Origin: Candidatus Fraserbacteria bacterium
GTDB taxonomy: Bacteria > Bipolaricaulota > Bipolaricaulia > RBG-16-55-9 > DRXL01
Length of the DNA: 64,000 nucleotides
Direction of reading: 5' to 3'
NCBI GenBank assembly: GCA_947085185.1
Contig: CAMTVK010000007.1
Coordinates: forward strand, 64,001-128,000
Part shown: positions 19,801 through 28,434 of the stretch, one piece after another
Position numbering within the stretch: the stretch's first letter is position 1
Layout of the letters: each line of letters opens with the position of its first letter
The notes under the pieces: generated by a model
What the model was told of the DNA's origin: nothing
Databases searched by the model: none
What the model saw: only the letters and a program-made list of their open reading frames with translations
Made by a program: the position numbers and the translations under genes

Positions 19801-20211
19801 GTGCTCCCCATGATGTCCCCAGACCCGTCCATGCGCCCCGATGCCGACATCGAAGCCATCGGCATGGAGATTGCCATGAACTACGAACGCTCTCAAGGAC
19901 GCGAGCCCGAAGACGTCTCGCTGCAGAACCTCGGCTATGATATTCGCTCTTACGCGCCCGATGGCACACTTCGCTCTATTGAGGTCAAAGCCCGTGCGAC
20001 CACCGGTGCGATCGTGCTCACGCCCAACGAATGGGTCATGGCACAGCGTCTGGGCGACGAATACTGGCTCTACATCGTGGAGAACGCCGCCACAAAGCCC
20101 AGGCTCCATCGGATCCAGAACCCGGCGGCTCGGCTCCAGCCCGAAATGGAAGTGTCCATCGTCCGCTACATCATTACAGACTGGCAGAAGGGAGTGTCCT
20201 ATGAAGCCTGA
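16897..20211 (+). CDS. SNF2-family helicase with C-terminal DUF3883-type nuclease domain
   Basis: PLPHQ, LLADDPGAGKT, DEAH, LTATP, STEAGGEGINLQ, WNPNRLEQRMGRIHRYGQ; C-term GYDIRS...IEVKA...LTPNEW; GTG start after AAGGAG. Confidence 0.92.
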   Translation: MTQKLQANHIIESDFWPEPVRVLTIEPLGDRMKVEAVGTRTQRFYSRLLSQTDLALVRIVSDTQRDFLGDAEGFFLAIEAHRIRFAHQFDPLLAVNISQVDPLPHQIEAVYHYILRTPQIRFLLADDPGAGKTIMTGLVLKELKYRGLVQRTLIVVPGHLKDQWLREMKERFGESFTVIDRSTIHATWGRNVWQEHPQVITSMDFAKQEDVLATLAEVHWDLAVADEAHKMAAYRYGDKTSKTERYRLGELLSRTSQFLLFLTATPHRGDPENFRLFLELLEPGMFANTELLLESVQNRENPLFLRRLKEDLRDFENRPLFPPRRVFTKPYRLSDTEKRLYNAVTEYVETSYNKALATGKRNVAFALLILQRRMASSVRAVRRSLERRKERLEKLLKLGQWLAQGERIDEDELEDAPESERLRQEEELIERLTSAETREELQEEIRTLEELVRLANEAERQEVETKLTELRRVMEDEKIRATGEKLLIFTESRETLEYLCEKLSAWGYSVVPLHGGMNLDARIRAEHEFREKAQVMVSTEAGGEGINLQFCALMVNYDIPWNPNRLEQRMGRIHRYGQHKEVHIYNLVASDTREGRVLHELFQKLQEIQAAMGSDRVFDVIGELVPERSLKDLIVEAIAHRRTLDEIVAEIAAIPNEEALRKVRAAALEALATRHIELHRILGEDRKAREQRLVPEYIERFFERSCAFLNIRLERRRDGFWRVPQVPLEVRHVSREFKHCFGEPFREYNKLAFDKEKARRGDAVFVAPGHPLLEAILERVLAQGIPDARRGAIFADPDGKLDGWLWFLEGELRDGTNQIAGRRLFVLLQPRQGGLLRLVNSSILWDLKPSIPSQSIEPCPPEGEIIAYAAEHVLEAYRQELLEERQRQNEIKRKYGLRSLEQMILESDAKLIEYETRRAKGEPIPDAEIHNEQRRNEELRARKHTLEEEIRRSSSLLPSVPRVLGVARVLPMMSPDPSMRPDADIEAIGMEIAMNYERSQGREPEDVSLQNLGYDIRSYAPDGTLRSIEVKARATTGAIVLTPNEWVMAQRLGDEYWLYIVENAATKPRLHRIQNPAARLQPEMEVSIVRYIITDWQKGVSYEA

Positions 20212-20267
20212 GCGCTATACGCTTACGAAGCACGGCAACTGTTATCAGTGCCGCAAGAGTAAAATCC

Positions 20268-20687
20268 ATGCGGGAACGTGAAGTCATCAGGACCGTCGCC
20301 GAGCGATTGCGCGCGGAAGGACTGATGGACCTGAAGGTGCGCTACGGGAGCGAACCCGGCCCGGACATCGAGGGGACGCTGCCCCGCTCGCGGCGGCACC
20401 TGTTCGTCGAGGCGAAAGGGGAACGGGCTCGCACCTCGCCGCGCATCACCGTGGGAGAGGCGCTCCTCCAGATTCTCTCCCGCTGGGACAGCGATGTGGT
20501 CTGCGCTCTTGCGGTGCCCTATAACAAGGAATTCGAGGAGGTCCTTCGAACCATCCTGCCCGGCCTGCGCTGCCTGGAACTGCATGTCCTGTTGGCGAAA
20601 GATGGTGAAGTGTGGTATCTTAGCCCTAACAAGGCCGGTTTTCTGGTGGAAAAGCCCCTGTCCATCATTGAGGTGCTCGAAAGATGA
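20268..20687 (+). CDS. Small PD-(D/E)XK nuclease-fold protein
   Basis: GPDIEG...LFVEAKGE...GEALLQ motif; stop overlaps start of next gene. Confidence 0.65.
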   Translation: MREREVIRTVAERLRAEGLMDLKVRYGSEPGPDIEGTLPRSRRHLFVEAKGERARTSPRITVGEALLQILSRWDSDVVCALAVPYNKEFEEVLRTILPGLRCLELHVLLAKDGEVWYLSPNKAGFLVEKPLSIIEVLER

Positions 20688-22288
20688 GCAAAGCACAAAA
20701 AGCTATGACCCGCGTGATCGAAACCGACTTTCCCCTGCGCGCGGTCTCCGAGGAGTCCGTGCGCGAGAAGAACATCCGCCACGGCCACATCTCCACCCTG
20801 CACATCTGGTGGGCGCGCCGACCGCTGGCGGCCTCGCGGGCCACCGCATTGGCCGCACTGTTGCCCGATGACCCCAAGCGGCGCAACCAGTTCCTTGAAC
20901 TCGTCCGAGGCATCGCCCCGTGGGAGGCCGTCTCCGCCAACAGGGCCGATTCAACCCACCTGCTGGAAAATGCCCGCGCCCTCATCCGCGAGGCCTTTGA
21001 CGGCCGCGCCCCGCGGGTGCTCGACCCCTTCGCCGGCGGCGGGAGCATCCCCCTGGAGGCGCTGCGCCTGGGCTGCGAGACCTATGCGCTGGACTATAAC
21101 CCGGTGGCCGTGCTGCTCAACAAGTGCGTGCTGGAATACCCGCAAAAGTTCGGCCAACCCGGTTCGGTGGCGCAGGTCCCTTTGCCGCCCTGTGCGAAGA
21201 AGGACGAGGCGGATCTTTTTGGAGCCCACAGGGATGTTCAGGAGAATCCGCCGGGGCGCAGCGGCGCTGCGCCCCTCCTGGTGGCCGTGCGCGCCTGGGG
21301 CGACTGGGTGCTGGAGGAAGCACGCAAGGAACTGGCGCGTTTCTACCCGCCGGACGCGGATGGTTCCGTGCCCGTTGGTTATATCTGGGCGCGCACGCTG
21401 CCCTGCCAGAACCCGGCCTGCGGCGCCGAAATCCCCCTCATGCGCCAGACCTGGCTGGCCAGAAAGGACAACAAGAAGGTCGCCCTGAAGCTACTGCCGA
21501 ACCGCGCCGCCCGGCGGGTGGACGCGGCGATTGTGGAGGGCGCGGCCATTGACTTCGACCCGGAGGAGGGCACGACGGCCCGCGCCCACGTGCGCTGCCC
21601 GGCCTGCGGCGGGACGATAGACGATAAGACCACGCGCCGGCTCTTCCGCGAGGGCAAGGCCGGACAGCGCCTGATGGCGGTGGTGCTGCACAGGCCCGGC
21701 CGCAGCGGCAAGACCTACCGCCTGGCCACCGAGGCGGACCTGGTGGCCTACCGCGCCGCCGAGCAGGCGCTCGTAGGGGCAAGGCAGCGCCTTGCCCAGG
21801 ACTGGGGCCTGGACCCCGTGCCGGATGAGCCAACGCCTCTGGGTGGTGGCCCCGGCGCTGAAAGAGCCTTCTCTGTGCACAAGTATGGCCTGACCCGCTG
21901 GGGCGACCTCTTCAACCCCCGGCAGAAACTGGCGCTCATCACCTTTGCCGAGAAGGTGCGCCGCGCCCACGCCGAGATGCTCGCCCAGGGCGCCGACCCG
22001 GAATTCGCCCGGGCAGTGACGACTTATTTGGCGCTGGGGGTGGACATGATGGCGGCTTTCTGCAACTCTTTGGCGCGTTGGGAGAATACGTCGGAAGCGA
22101 TAAAACAGCTATTCTCTCGGCAGGCGTTGCCCATGCTTTGGGATTACATAGAACTAAATCCATTCAGTGGCTCAACTGGAAGTTGGGAGGCCGGTTGGGA
22201 GTACTATTTGGAGACGCTCGCCCACCTCATCCAAATCCCGCCGGTATCGGCGGGCGGGTGCGAGGCAGGCACGGAGGGTTTGCCATGA
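20684..22288 (+). CDS. DUF1156 adenine methyltransferase, N-terminal half
   Basis: LHIWWARRPLAASRA, motif I LDPFAGGGSIPLEA, CxxxxC/CxxC Zn sites, FNPRQ, FSRQALPMLWDY; lacks DPPY. Confidence 0.9.
   Translation: MSKAQKAMTRVIETDFPLRAVSEESVREKNIRHGHISTLHIWWARRPLAASRATALAALLPDDPKRRNQFLELVRGIAPWEAVSANRADSTHLLENARALIREAFDGRAPRVLDPFAGGGSIPLEALRLGCETYALDYNPVAVLLNKCVLEYPQKFGQPGSVAQVPLPPCAKKDEADLFGAHRDVQENPPGRSGAAPLLVAVRAWGDWVLEEARKELARFYPPDADGSVPVGYIWARTLPCQNPACGAEIPLMRQTWLARKDNKKVALKLLPNRAARRVDAAIVEGAAIDFDPEEGTTARAHVRCPACGGTIDDKTTRRLFREGKAGQRLMAVVLHRPGRSGKTYRLATEADLVAYRAAEQALVGARQRLAQDWGLDPVPDEPTPLGGGPGAERAFSVHKYGLTRWGDLFNPRQKLALITFAEKVRRAHAEMLAQGADPEFARAVTTYLALGVDMMAAFCNSLARWENTSEAIKQLFSRQALPMLWDYIELNPFSGSTGSWEAGWEYYLETLAHLIQIPPVSAGGCEAGTEGLP
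21253..21275. repeat. In-frame REP-like palindrome in methylase
   Basis: GGGGCGCAGCG-G-CGCTGCGCCCC. Confidence 0.6.
21773..21797. repeat. In-frame GTAG-type REP palindrome in methylase
   Basis: GTAG-GGGCAAGGC-AGC-GCCTTGCCC. Confidence 0.65.
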
Positions 22289-22593
22289 CCAAGCGCGTAC
22301 CAAAGCGGTTGGAGGAAATCCTGGAGACGCTCCGCCAACACAAGACGGAACTGGCGGAGCGCTACGGGGTGCGGGAGATGGCCGTCTTCGGCTCCTATGC
22401 CCGCGGCGAGGCCGGGCCCGAGAGCGACCTGGACATTCTCGTGGAGTTCACCGACCCGCCGGGGCTCATTGGCTTCATCCGGCTGGAGAACGAGCTCAGC
22501 GAACTCCTGGGCGTGCGGGTAGAACTGGTAACACGACAGGCGCTCAAGCGCCATATCGGCGAGCGAATTTTAGACGAGGCGGTGCCAGCATGA
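22285..22593 (+). CDS. Minimal nucleotidyltransferase (MNT/MntA-type antitoxin)
   Basis: VFGSYARGEAGPESDLDILVEF...VELVT...ALK; ATGA overlap with methylase N-half stop. Confidence 0.92.
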   Translation: MTKRVPKRLEEILETLRQHKTELAERYGVREMAVFGSYARGEAGPESDLDILVEFTDPPGLIGFIRLENELSELLGVRVELVTRQALKRHIGERILDEAVPA

Positions 22594-22934
22594 AGCGTGC
22601 GCTGAGGGATTATCTGGAAGATATGCTTTGCTCCGCTCGGGAAGCGCTGGAGTTCACCGAAGGGATGGACTTTGCCATGTTCTGCCATGACCGGAAGACG
22701 TTCAATGCGGTGTTGCGTTCTTTGGAAGTGCTCGGCGAAGCGGCAAAGAAAATCCCGAAGCCGGTGCGCGCCAAATACCCCGACCTGCCCTGGCAGGAAA
22801 TGGCGGGGATGCGCGATAAACTCATCCATGAGTATCACGGCGTGGATGAGCGAATCGTCTGGAAAACGGTTCGCGAGGACATTCCACCGTTGATACCTCT
22901 CTTGGAAAGAATCCTTCGGGAGGAGAGCCAATGA
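22590..22934 (+). CDS. HEPN RNase toxin (DUF86/HepT-type)
   Basis: YLEDML, AVLRSLEVLGEAAK, PWQEMAGMRDKLIHEY (RxxxxH). Confidence 0.92.
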   Translation: MKRALRDYLEDMLCSAREALEFTEGMDFAMFCHDRKTFNAVLRSLEVLGEAAKKIPKPVRAKYPDLPWQEMAGMRDKLIHEYHGVDERIVWKTVREDIPPLIPLLERILREESQ

Positions 22935-22937
22935 GCA

Positions 22938-23024
22938 CTGGAAGTAGATTTGCTCACCCCCGGCTCATTTCGCCGCAAACCTCGCTTATGGGACCAGGTG
23001 AAGGAGGATTTGACCTATGTCTAA
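22938..23024 (+). pseudogene. C-terminal remnant of a second MNT gene
   Basis: Reading frame LEVDLLTPGSFRRKPRLWDQVKEDLTYV* resembles an MNT C-terminus and overlaps the next HEPN start. Confidence 0.6.
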
Positions 23025-23202
23025 GCGCGATTGGACGTTCTTCCTTCAGGATATGCTGGAAAGCGTACAAGTGGGCTTGCGAAACCGTCTTGCCCATGCT
23101 TCCTTCGCTATCGACGACGAAATCGTCTGGGATATCGTGACTAACGAACTGCCCCTACTGAAAGAAAGATTGGAACGTATTCTCCGCGAGGTGCATGGAT
23201 GA
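23017..23202 (+). pseudogene. Internally deleted second HEPN/DUF86 gene
   Basis: MSKRDWTFFLQDMLES joined directly to GLRNRLAH...IVWDIV..ELPLLK; the central helices present in the neighbouring DUF86 are missing. Confidence 0.75.
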
Positions 23203-24473
23203 AGACCCTGCTGCTGCCACAGGTTACCCACGGCACCGCCACCGACCTGCCCTGGCCCGATAACTTCTTCGACGCCGTGCTCACCGACCCGCCCTACTAC
23301 GATAACGTCCCCTACGCCGACCTTTCCGACTTTTTCTACGTCTGGCTCAAGCGCACCGTGGGCGACCTGTACCCCGACCTCTTCGCTACCCCGCTCACGC
23401 CGAAATCACAAGAGATGGTCGCCGACGCCAGCAAGGCGGGCGGTATGGATCAGGCCAAGCGCCGCTTTGAGGAGATGCTCACCCAGTCCTTCCGCGAGAT
23501 CCACCGCGTGCTCAAGCCCGACGGGATCGCCGTGATCGTCTTTGCCCACAAGACGACCGCGGCCTGGGAGACGGTCATTCAAGCGCTCTTGGAGGCCGGC
23601 CTCTACATGACCGCCTCCTGGCCCATCCACACCGAGATGCAGGCGCGCTTGCGGGCGCAGGAGTCGGCGGCGCTGGCTTCTTCCATCTACATGGTCTGCC
23701 GCAAGCGCACTGTAGGGGCGGACGGCCGTCCGCCCATCGGCGAATTTGCCAAAGTGCGGCGGGAGATCGAAGAGCGGGTGCAGCGCAAACTCGCCCAGTT
23801 CTGGGACGAGGGCATCCGCGGGGCGGACTTCTTCATGAGCGCCATAGGCCCGGCGGTGGAAGCCTTCGGCCGCTACGCCCGCGTGGAAAAACTCTCCGGC
23901 GAGCCGGTCACGGTGACAGAACTGTTGGAGTACGTGCGCAAGGTGGTAAGCGAGTTTGCCTTGAGGCGCATCTTGAAAGAGGCGTACCGGGGCGGGGTGG
24001 ATGCGCTCACGCAGTTGTATCTGCTGTGGCGCTGGACGTATAATCACGCGCGGGTGCCCTTTGATGAAGCCCGCAAACTCGCGGCCGGCGTCGGCGTGGA
24101 GCTCTCCCAACAGTGGGGTCCTGGAGGAATCGTGAGCAAACAGAAAGAGTACATCGTGATGCGCACCCCCCAAGACCGCGCCCAAGACGAGCGCTTCGCC
24201 CAGCACACGGAATTCCGCACCATGATCGATGCGCTCCATCGGGCTGTGGCCCTGTGGGAACGCAATCGGCAACGCGAGCTCCAGGAGCACCTAGCGCAAA
24301 CCTATGGGACCAATGAGGCGTTCTGGCAAGTGGCGCAAGCGATCAGCGAGGTGCTCCCCGACGGCGATAAAGAAAAACAAACGCTTCAGGGGCTTCTCTA
24401 TAGGCACAGGTCCTATACCATACCCACCCCTGGCGAAACTCCACTCCCCTTTGAGAAAGGAGAGGCACCATGA
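23199..24473 (+). CDS. DUF1156 adenine methyltransferase, C-terminal half
   Basis: Motif IV TDPPYYDNVPYADLSDFFYVWLKR, RVLKPDG, FAHK, SWPIHTE, ALASSIYMVCRKR. Confidence 0.9.
   Translation: MKTLLLPQVTHGTATDLPWPDNFFDAVLTDPPYYDNVPYADLSDFFYVWLKRTVGDLYPDLFATPLTPKSQEMVADASKAGGMDQAKRRFEEMLTQSFREIHRVLKPDGIAVIVFAHKTTAAWETVIQALLEAGLYMTASWPIHTEMQARLRAQESAALASSIYMVCRKRTVGADGRPPIGEFAKVRREIEERVQRKLAQFWDEGIRGADFFMSAIGPAVEAFGRYARVEKLSGEPVTVTELLEYVRKVVSEFALRRILKEAYRGGVDALTQLYLLWRWTYNHARVPFDEARKLAAGVGVELSQQWGPGGIVSKQKEYIVMRTPQDRAQDERFAQHTEFRTMIDALHRAVALWERNRQRELQEHLAQTYGTNEAFWQVAQAISEVLPDGDKEKQTLQGLLYRHRSYTIPTPGETPLPFEKGEAP
23712..23735. repeat. In-frame GTAG-type REP palindrome in methylase C-half
   Basis: GTAG followed by perfect 20-bp palindrome GGGCGGACGGCCGTCCGCCC. 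Confidence 0.7.
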
Positions 24474-27091
24474 AGCCATGGTATCACACGATCACCCCCC
24501 ATCGGGACATCCGCGAGGGAAAGTTTGACGAATCGGTCTTCGCCGCCGATCTCTCGGACGTCATGGCCGGTCGAGCATCGGTGGAGTATCGCGATCCGGT
24601 CACGTTCTTTCGCAAGACCTACCCGACGCACGGCTTGAGGAACTTGCTTGCCGCGGTGCTGAAGCGGCTCTCCGGCTCAGGCCACGGGGAGAGCGTCATC
24701 CAAATCCAGACCCCCTTCGGCGGTGGCAAGACCCACAGCTTGATCGCGCTCTATCACGTGTTCAAGCACGCCCAAGAGCTTGAGGGTGTGGAGACCGTGG
24801 CGGAGATCCTCAAGGAAGCCCATACAGAAACAATCCCGCAGACACGGGTGGTGAGCTTTGTCGGGACCGCCCTTGATGCGCTTGGGGGCCGGACGCCCTG
24901 GGGCGAACTGGCGCATCAGTTGGAAGAGTACGAACAGCTCAAGGAGCATGATCGGCGGCGCCGCACCCCAGGGAAGGATCTCTTGCACAAGCTCTTGCAC
25001 GGCGAGCCAACCCTGATCCTCATGGATGAGCTCGCTGAATATGCCGTGAAAGCCAAGGACTTCCGCGACCAGGTGGTGGCGTTCATGCAGGAGCTCACCG
25101 AGACCGTGAAGGTGCTGCCCCGCTGCGCACTGGTGGTGACGCTGCCCTCCAGTGCCCCCTACGGTGAAGAAGGCGAACGTGCGCTCCACGAACTGCAGCA
25201 GATCTTCAAGCGCGTGGAGACCATCAAAACCCCGGTGGAAGGGGAGGAGATCTACGAAGTCATCCGCAGGCGACTCTTTGAAGATCACGGGGATGAAAGA
25301 GAGATCAGGCGCGTCGCCGAAGCCTACTGGGAGCTGTACCAACGCTTAGGGGACGATGTGCCCCGCGAGGTGCGCGAGCTGGCATATCGGGAACGGATGC
25401 GCAAGGCCTATCCGTTTCATCCCGAACTGATCGACGTGCTGTTTGAGCGCTGGAGCACCTTTCCCGATTTTCAGCGCACGCGCGGCGTGTTGCGCCTGCT
25501 GGCCCAGATCGTGGCCGAGCTGTACCGGCAGCAGCATCCCGCGCCGCTCATCCAACCCTGCCACATCAACCTGACCGATCCGGCCATACGCGCCGAGTTC
25601 TTGCGACACATCGGCAACGAGTACCAGGGCGTGATCGCCTCGGACATCGGCGGCCCCAACGCCAAGGCTGAGAAGATCGATCGGGAGATGGGCTCGGAAT
25701 ACGCACGGTTCCGCATTGCCAGCGGGGTGGCACGAGCGATCTTCTTTGCTTCCTTCAGCGGCTCAGAGAAGAAAGGCGTCGGGATTCAGCGGCTGCGGCT
25801 TGCGGTACTCACCCCCGAAATACCCCCAGCGATCGTCAGCGATGCCCTGCGCCGCCTGGAAGATGAGCTATGGTATCTGCATACGGAAGGGGGGCTCTAT
25901 TCGTTCTCCAGCCAGCCCAATCTCAACCGGGTGATCATCGAACGAGAGGAAGCGATCAAACCGGAGCAGATAGAAGAAGAGATCGAGAGACGCCTGGAGC
26001 ACCTGGCGGGCAGGGACATAGAGGTACGGCTCTTCCCCCACGATACGCACGATGTGCCCGATACCAAAGAGCTGAAGCTTGCTGTCCTTCCGCTGGACTA
26101 TCCTCGCCAAGCCAGCCAAACGGAAGAATTCGCAAAGAACCTGCTCACCAAGTGTGGACAGACCTTCCGGGTCTATCGGAACACCTTGGTGCTGCTTGGT
26201 GCCGATGACAGAGAGCTCGCTTCCCTGCGCGAGAATGCCAAACGCTGGCTCGCGCTGCAGACTATTGCCGACGACAAGGAGCTGATGCGGCGGCTTTCGG
26301 ATGAGAACAAGAGATGGCTGGAGACCAAGCGCAAGGATGCCGAAGGCAAGACGGGGTTTCAGCTCCTCAGTGCCTTCAGGCATCTTGCGAAAGCCGGTGT
26401 GGAGAGCACAGGCAGCGTGGAGTGGCACGATCTGGGCATTCCCACAGCAGGAGAAAAGACATCCCTGGCGTCTCGGGTGCGTGAGTACCTGCACACCCAG
26501 GAGCTCTTGCTGGAGAAGCTGTCTCCAAGGCGTCTTGTAGAAAAAGCCTGGCCCCCCGAAGACCAAGAAACACCGATCGAAGAGATCATCGAGGCGTTTC
26601 GCAAGTATCCGAACCTCCCCATGATCAGTGGGGCCCATGCCGTTTTGGATGCCATCGTCCAGGGGGTGCAAGAGGGTATATGGGGCGTGCGGGTTGGCGA
26701 GAAGATATACTTCCGTGAGGCCGTTCCCCGCTCGGCACTGGAAGGGGACGCGGTCTTGGTGCGGGCGGGGCATATCCCCGTATCGCCGCCAGCACCGCAA
26801 GAAATCGAATCTTCTACGACCCTACAGCCAACACCCGCCCCGCCGCCCCCTGCACCTCGCCAAGGGATCCAAACCTACTCTTTGCGGGCCAAAGTGCCAT
26901 GGGACAAGCTCTCGGATTTTGTGCGCGGGGTCGTGACCCCCCTGCGGCAGGACGGCGCAGAGCTGGAGATTGAAGTCTCCCTCCAAGCCCACACCCAATC
27001 CCAGGGGATCAAGAATCAGACGCTCGAACAGAAAGTGCGCGAGACACTCAAGCAGATCGGCGCCGAACTCCTAGATGAGTCGCAAGGGTGA
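24470..27091 (+). CDS. DUF499 AAA+ ATPase
   Basis: MKPW...FAADL, QTPFGGGKTHSLIALYH, LILMDE, YPFHPEL, FQRTRGVLRLLA. Confidence 0.92.
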   Translation: MKPWYHTITPHRDIREGKFDESVFAADLSDVMAGRASVEYRDPVTFFRKTYPTHGLRNLLAAVLKRLSGSGHGESVIQIQTPFGGGKTHSLIALYHVFKHAQELEGVETVAEILKEAHTETIPQTRVVSFVGTALDALGGRTPWGELAHQLEEYEQLKEHDRRRRTPGKDLLHKLLHGEPTLILMDELAEYAVKAKDFRDQVVAFMQELTETVKVLPRCALVVTLPSSAPYGEEGERALHELQQIFKRVETIKTPVEGEEIYEVIRRRLFEDHGDEREIRRVAEAYWELYQRLGDDVPREVRELAYRERMRKAYPFHPELIDVLFERWSTFPDFQRTRGVLRLLAQIVAELYRQQHPAPLIQPCHINLTDPAIRAEFLRHIGNEYQGVIASDIGGPNAKAEKIDREMGSEYARFRIASGVARAIFFASFSGSEKKGVGIQRLRLAVLTPEIPPAIVSDALRRLEDELWYLHTEGGLYSFSSQPNLNRVIIEREEAIKPEQIEEEIERRLEHLAGRDIEVRLFPHDTHDVPDTKELKLAVLPLDYPRQASQTEEFAKNLLTKCGQTFRVYRNTLVLLGADDRELASLRENAKRWLALQTIADDKELMRRLSDENKRWLETKRKDAEGKTGFQLLSAFRHLAKAGVESTGSVEWHDLGIPTAGEKTSLASRVREYLHTQELLLEKLSPRRLVEKAWPPEDQETPIEEIIEAFRKYPNLPMISGAHAVLDAIVQGVQEGIWGVRVGEKIYFREAVPRSALEGDAVLVRAGHIPVSPPAPQEIESSTTLQPTPAPPPPAPRQGIQTYSLRAKVPWDKLSDFVRGVVTPLRQDGAELEIEVSLQAHTQSQGIKNQTLEQKVRETLKQIGAELLDESQG

Positions 27092-27104
27092 TCGAAACCT
27101 CGTG

Positions 27105-27347
27105 CTACACACTCTCCGTCAGGGCACGACGCAGTCTCTCAACGTCCACCCGATGCCGACAGAGCTCTCCCCCCTCCAGCACCACCACGGGAATATCATA
27201 CCGATAGCGCTCCAACAGCTCCGCGCTCTGAGTAATATCTTGCAACACCAACTCGAAGGGGATCTCCCTCTGAAGCTCGCGCAGCACCCGCTCGGCCTCA
27301 TGACAGAGATGACAGTCGGGCTTCGTGTAGAGCGTGAGAGTCTTCAT
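27105..27347 (-). CDS. Glutaredoxin-like protein (DUF836 type)
   Basis: YTKPDCHLCHEA, YRYDIPVV. Confidence 0.85.
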   Translation of the reverse strand: MKTLTLYTKPDCHLCHEAERVLRELQREIPFELVLQDITQSAELLERYRYDIPVVVLEGGELCRHRVDVERLRRALTESV

Positions 27348-28312
27348 ACACCCTCCCTCAAAATAATGCGAAAGCGATGGGGCTCGACTTGACTCACTTT
27401 TCCGGCACGCTCAAGCTCCTCTAAATGAGCATAGACCTCTCCGGCTCCCAAGAGCACGTGATAGTCCTTGAGTCGGCCAAAGAGCTTCTGAGCGAGCTCA
27501 AACGCCGTGCGCGCCTGACCGTCGCTCAAGATCTTTACGATGCGCTCGGACCGCTCACGATGATGCTGAAGGATCCTCTCGATGCGCGGGCGGGGGTCGG
27601 TCCACGGGCGCCCATGGCCCGGCCAGATCTCCAGGCTACGGGCACCCGGCAACGCGAGAATCTTCTCCAATGAGCTCAAAAATTTCCCCAACTGCCCCCC
27701 CGACGTGACGTCCGTCCCACCCACGTTCGACGTATACGTCGGCAACAGATGGTCCCCGGTGAAGAGCTTTTCTCCAAGGAGAAAGCACACCGAGCCTTGG
27801 GTGTGGCCGGGAGTGTGCAGGACGTGTAATTCCAGATCGCCAAAGCGCAACAGTTGGCCGTCGCTCATCGTTTGTGCCCCAGGGACGGAGCGGGCAAGCC
27901 CCGCAAGGTGCGCACGAAAGCCCGCGATCTGCCCAATGATCTCGTCGGGAATTCCCCAGCGCCGCATCGCCTCAAGATAGAGCTGGGAGACGAGCTCCTG
28001 GCGCTCCGCAAAGCACGCCACGTCGGCCCAATCGTCGCGGTGCACATAGACGGCGGCTCCGGACTCATCTTGAATGGCGCGGGCGAGCCCGCAGTGATCG
28101 ATATGTTTATGGGTCAGCAAGATCGCCCCAATATCTTTGAGGGAGCAGCCGTGCTGGGCCAGCTCGCGACGCAATAAGTCCAAAGACTCTGCAGTGCCGA
28201 TGCCCGTGTCTATGAGCACCGCGGGGCTGTGCGGGCTGCGAATCAAAAAGACGTTGGACGGATCCTCAAAATACGGGTTGGGAATGGCAATCTGATGGAG
28301 AGCTACGCTCAT
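27344..28312 (-). CDS. MBL-fold metallo-hydrolase with C-terminal wHTH
   Basis: LIDTG, THKHIDHCG, HTPGHT, FTGDH, PGHG. Confidence 0.9.
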   Translation of the reverse strand: MSVALHQIAIPNPYFEDPSNVFLIRSPHSPAVLIDTGIGTAESLDLLRRELAQHGCSLKDIGAILLTHKHIDHCGLARAIQDESGAAVYVHRDDWADVACFAERQELVSQLYLEAMRRWGIPDEIIGQIAGFRAHLAGLARSVPGAQTMSDGQLLRFGDLELHVLHTPGHTQGSVCFLLGEKLFTGDHLLPTYTSNVGGTDVTSGGQLGKFLSSLEKILALPGARSLEIWPGHGRPWTDPRPRIERILQHHRERSERIVKILSDGQARTAFELAQKLFGRLKDYHVLLGAGEVYAHLEELERAGKVSQVEPHRFRIILREGV

Positions 28313-28434
28313 AGCACGTCTATCTTAGCAAGGACCAGAGAAAATCACAACATCCGGGTGGCAGCTTCCCACAAAACTCGATAGAATTTTTATGAATCTG
28401 CCAGAATGAACGAGATCGATGGAGAGGAGCCCTC

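Noticed and set aside
20201..20283. Short ORF MKPERYTLTKHGNCYQCRKSKIHAGT overlapping the helicase end
   Set aside because: Only 26 aa with no recognisable family; may be a remnant but unsupported
22288..23199. Intein or self-splicing intron explanation for the methylase split
   Set aside because: No intein C/S...HN motifs, no group I/II intron structure or RT, and no flanking direct repeat seen
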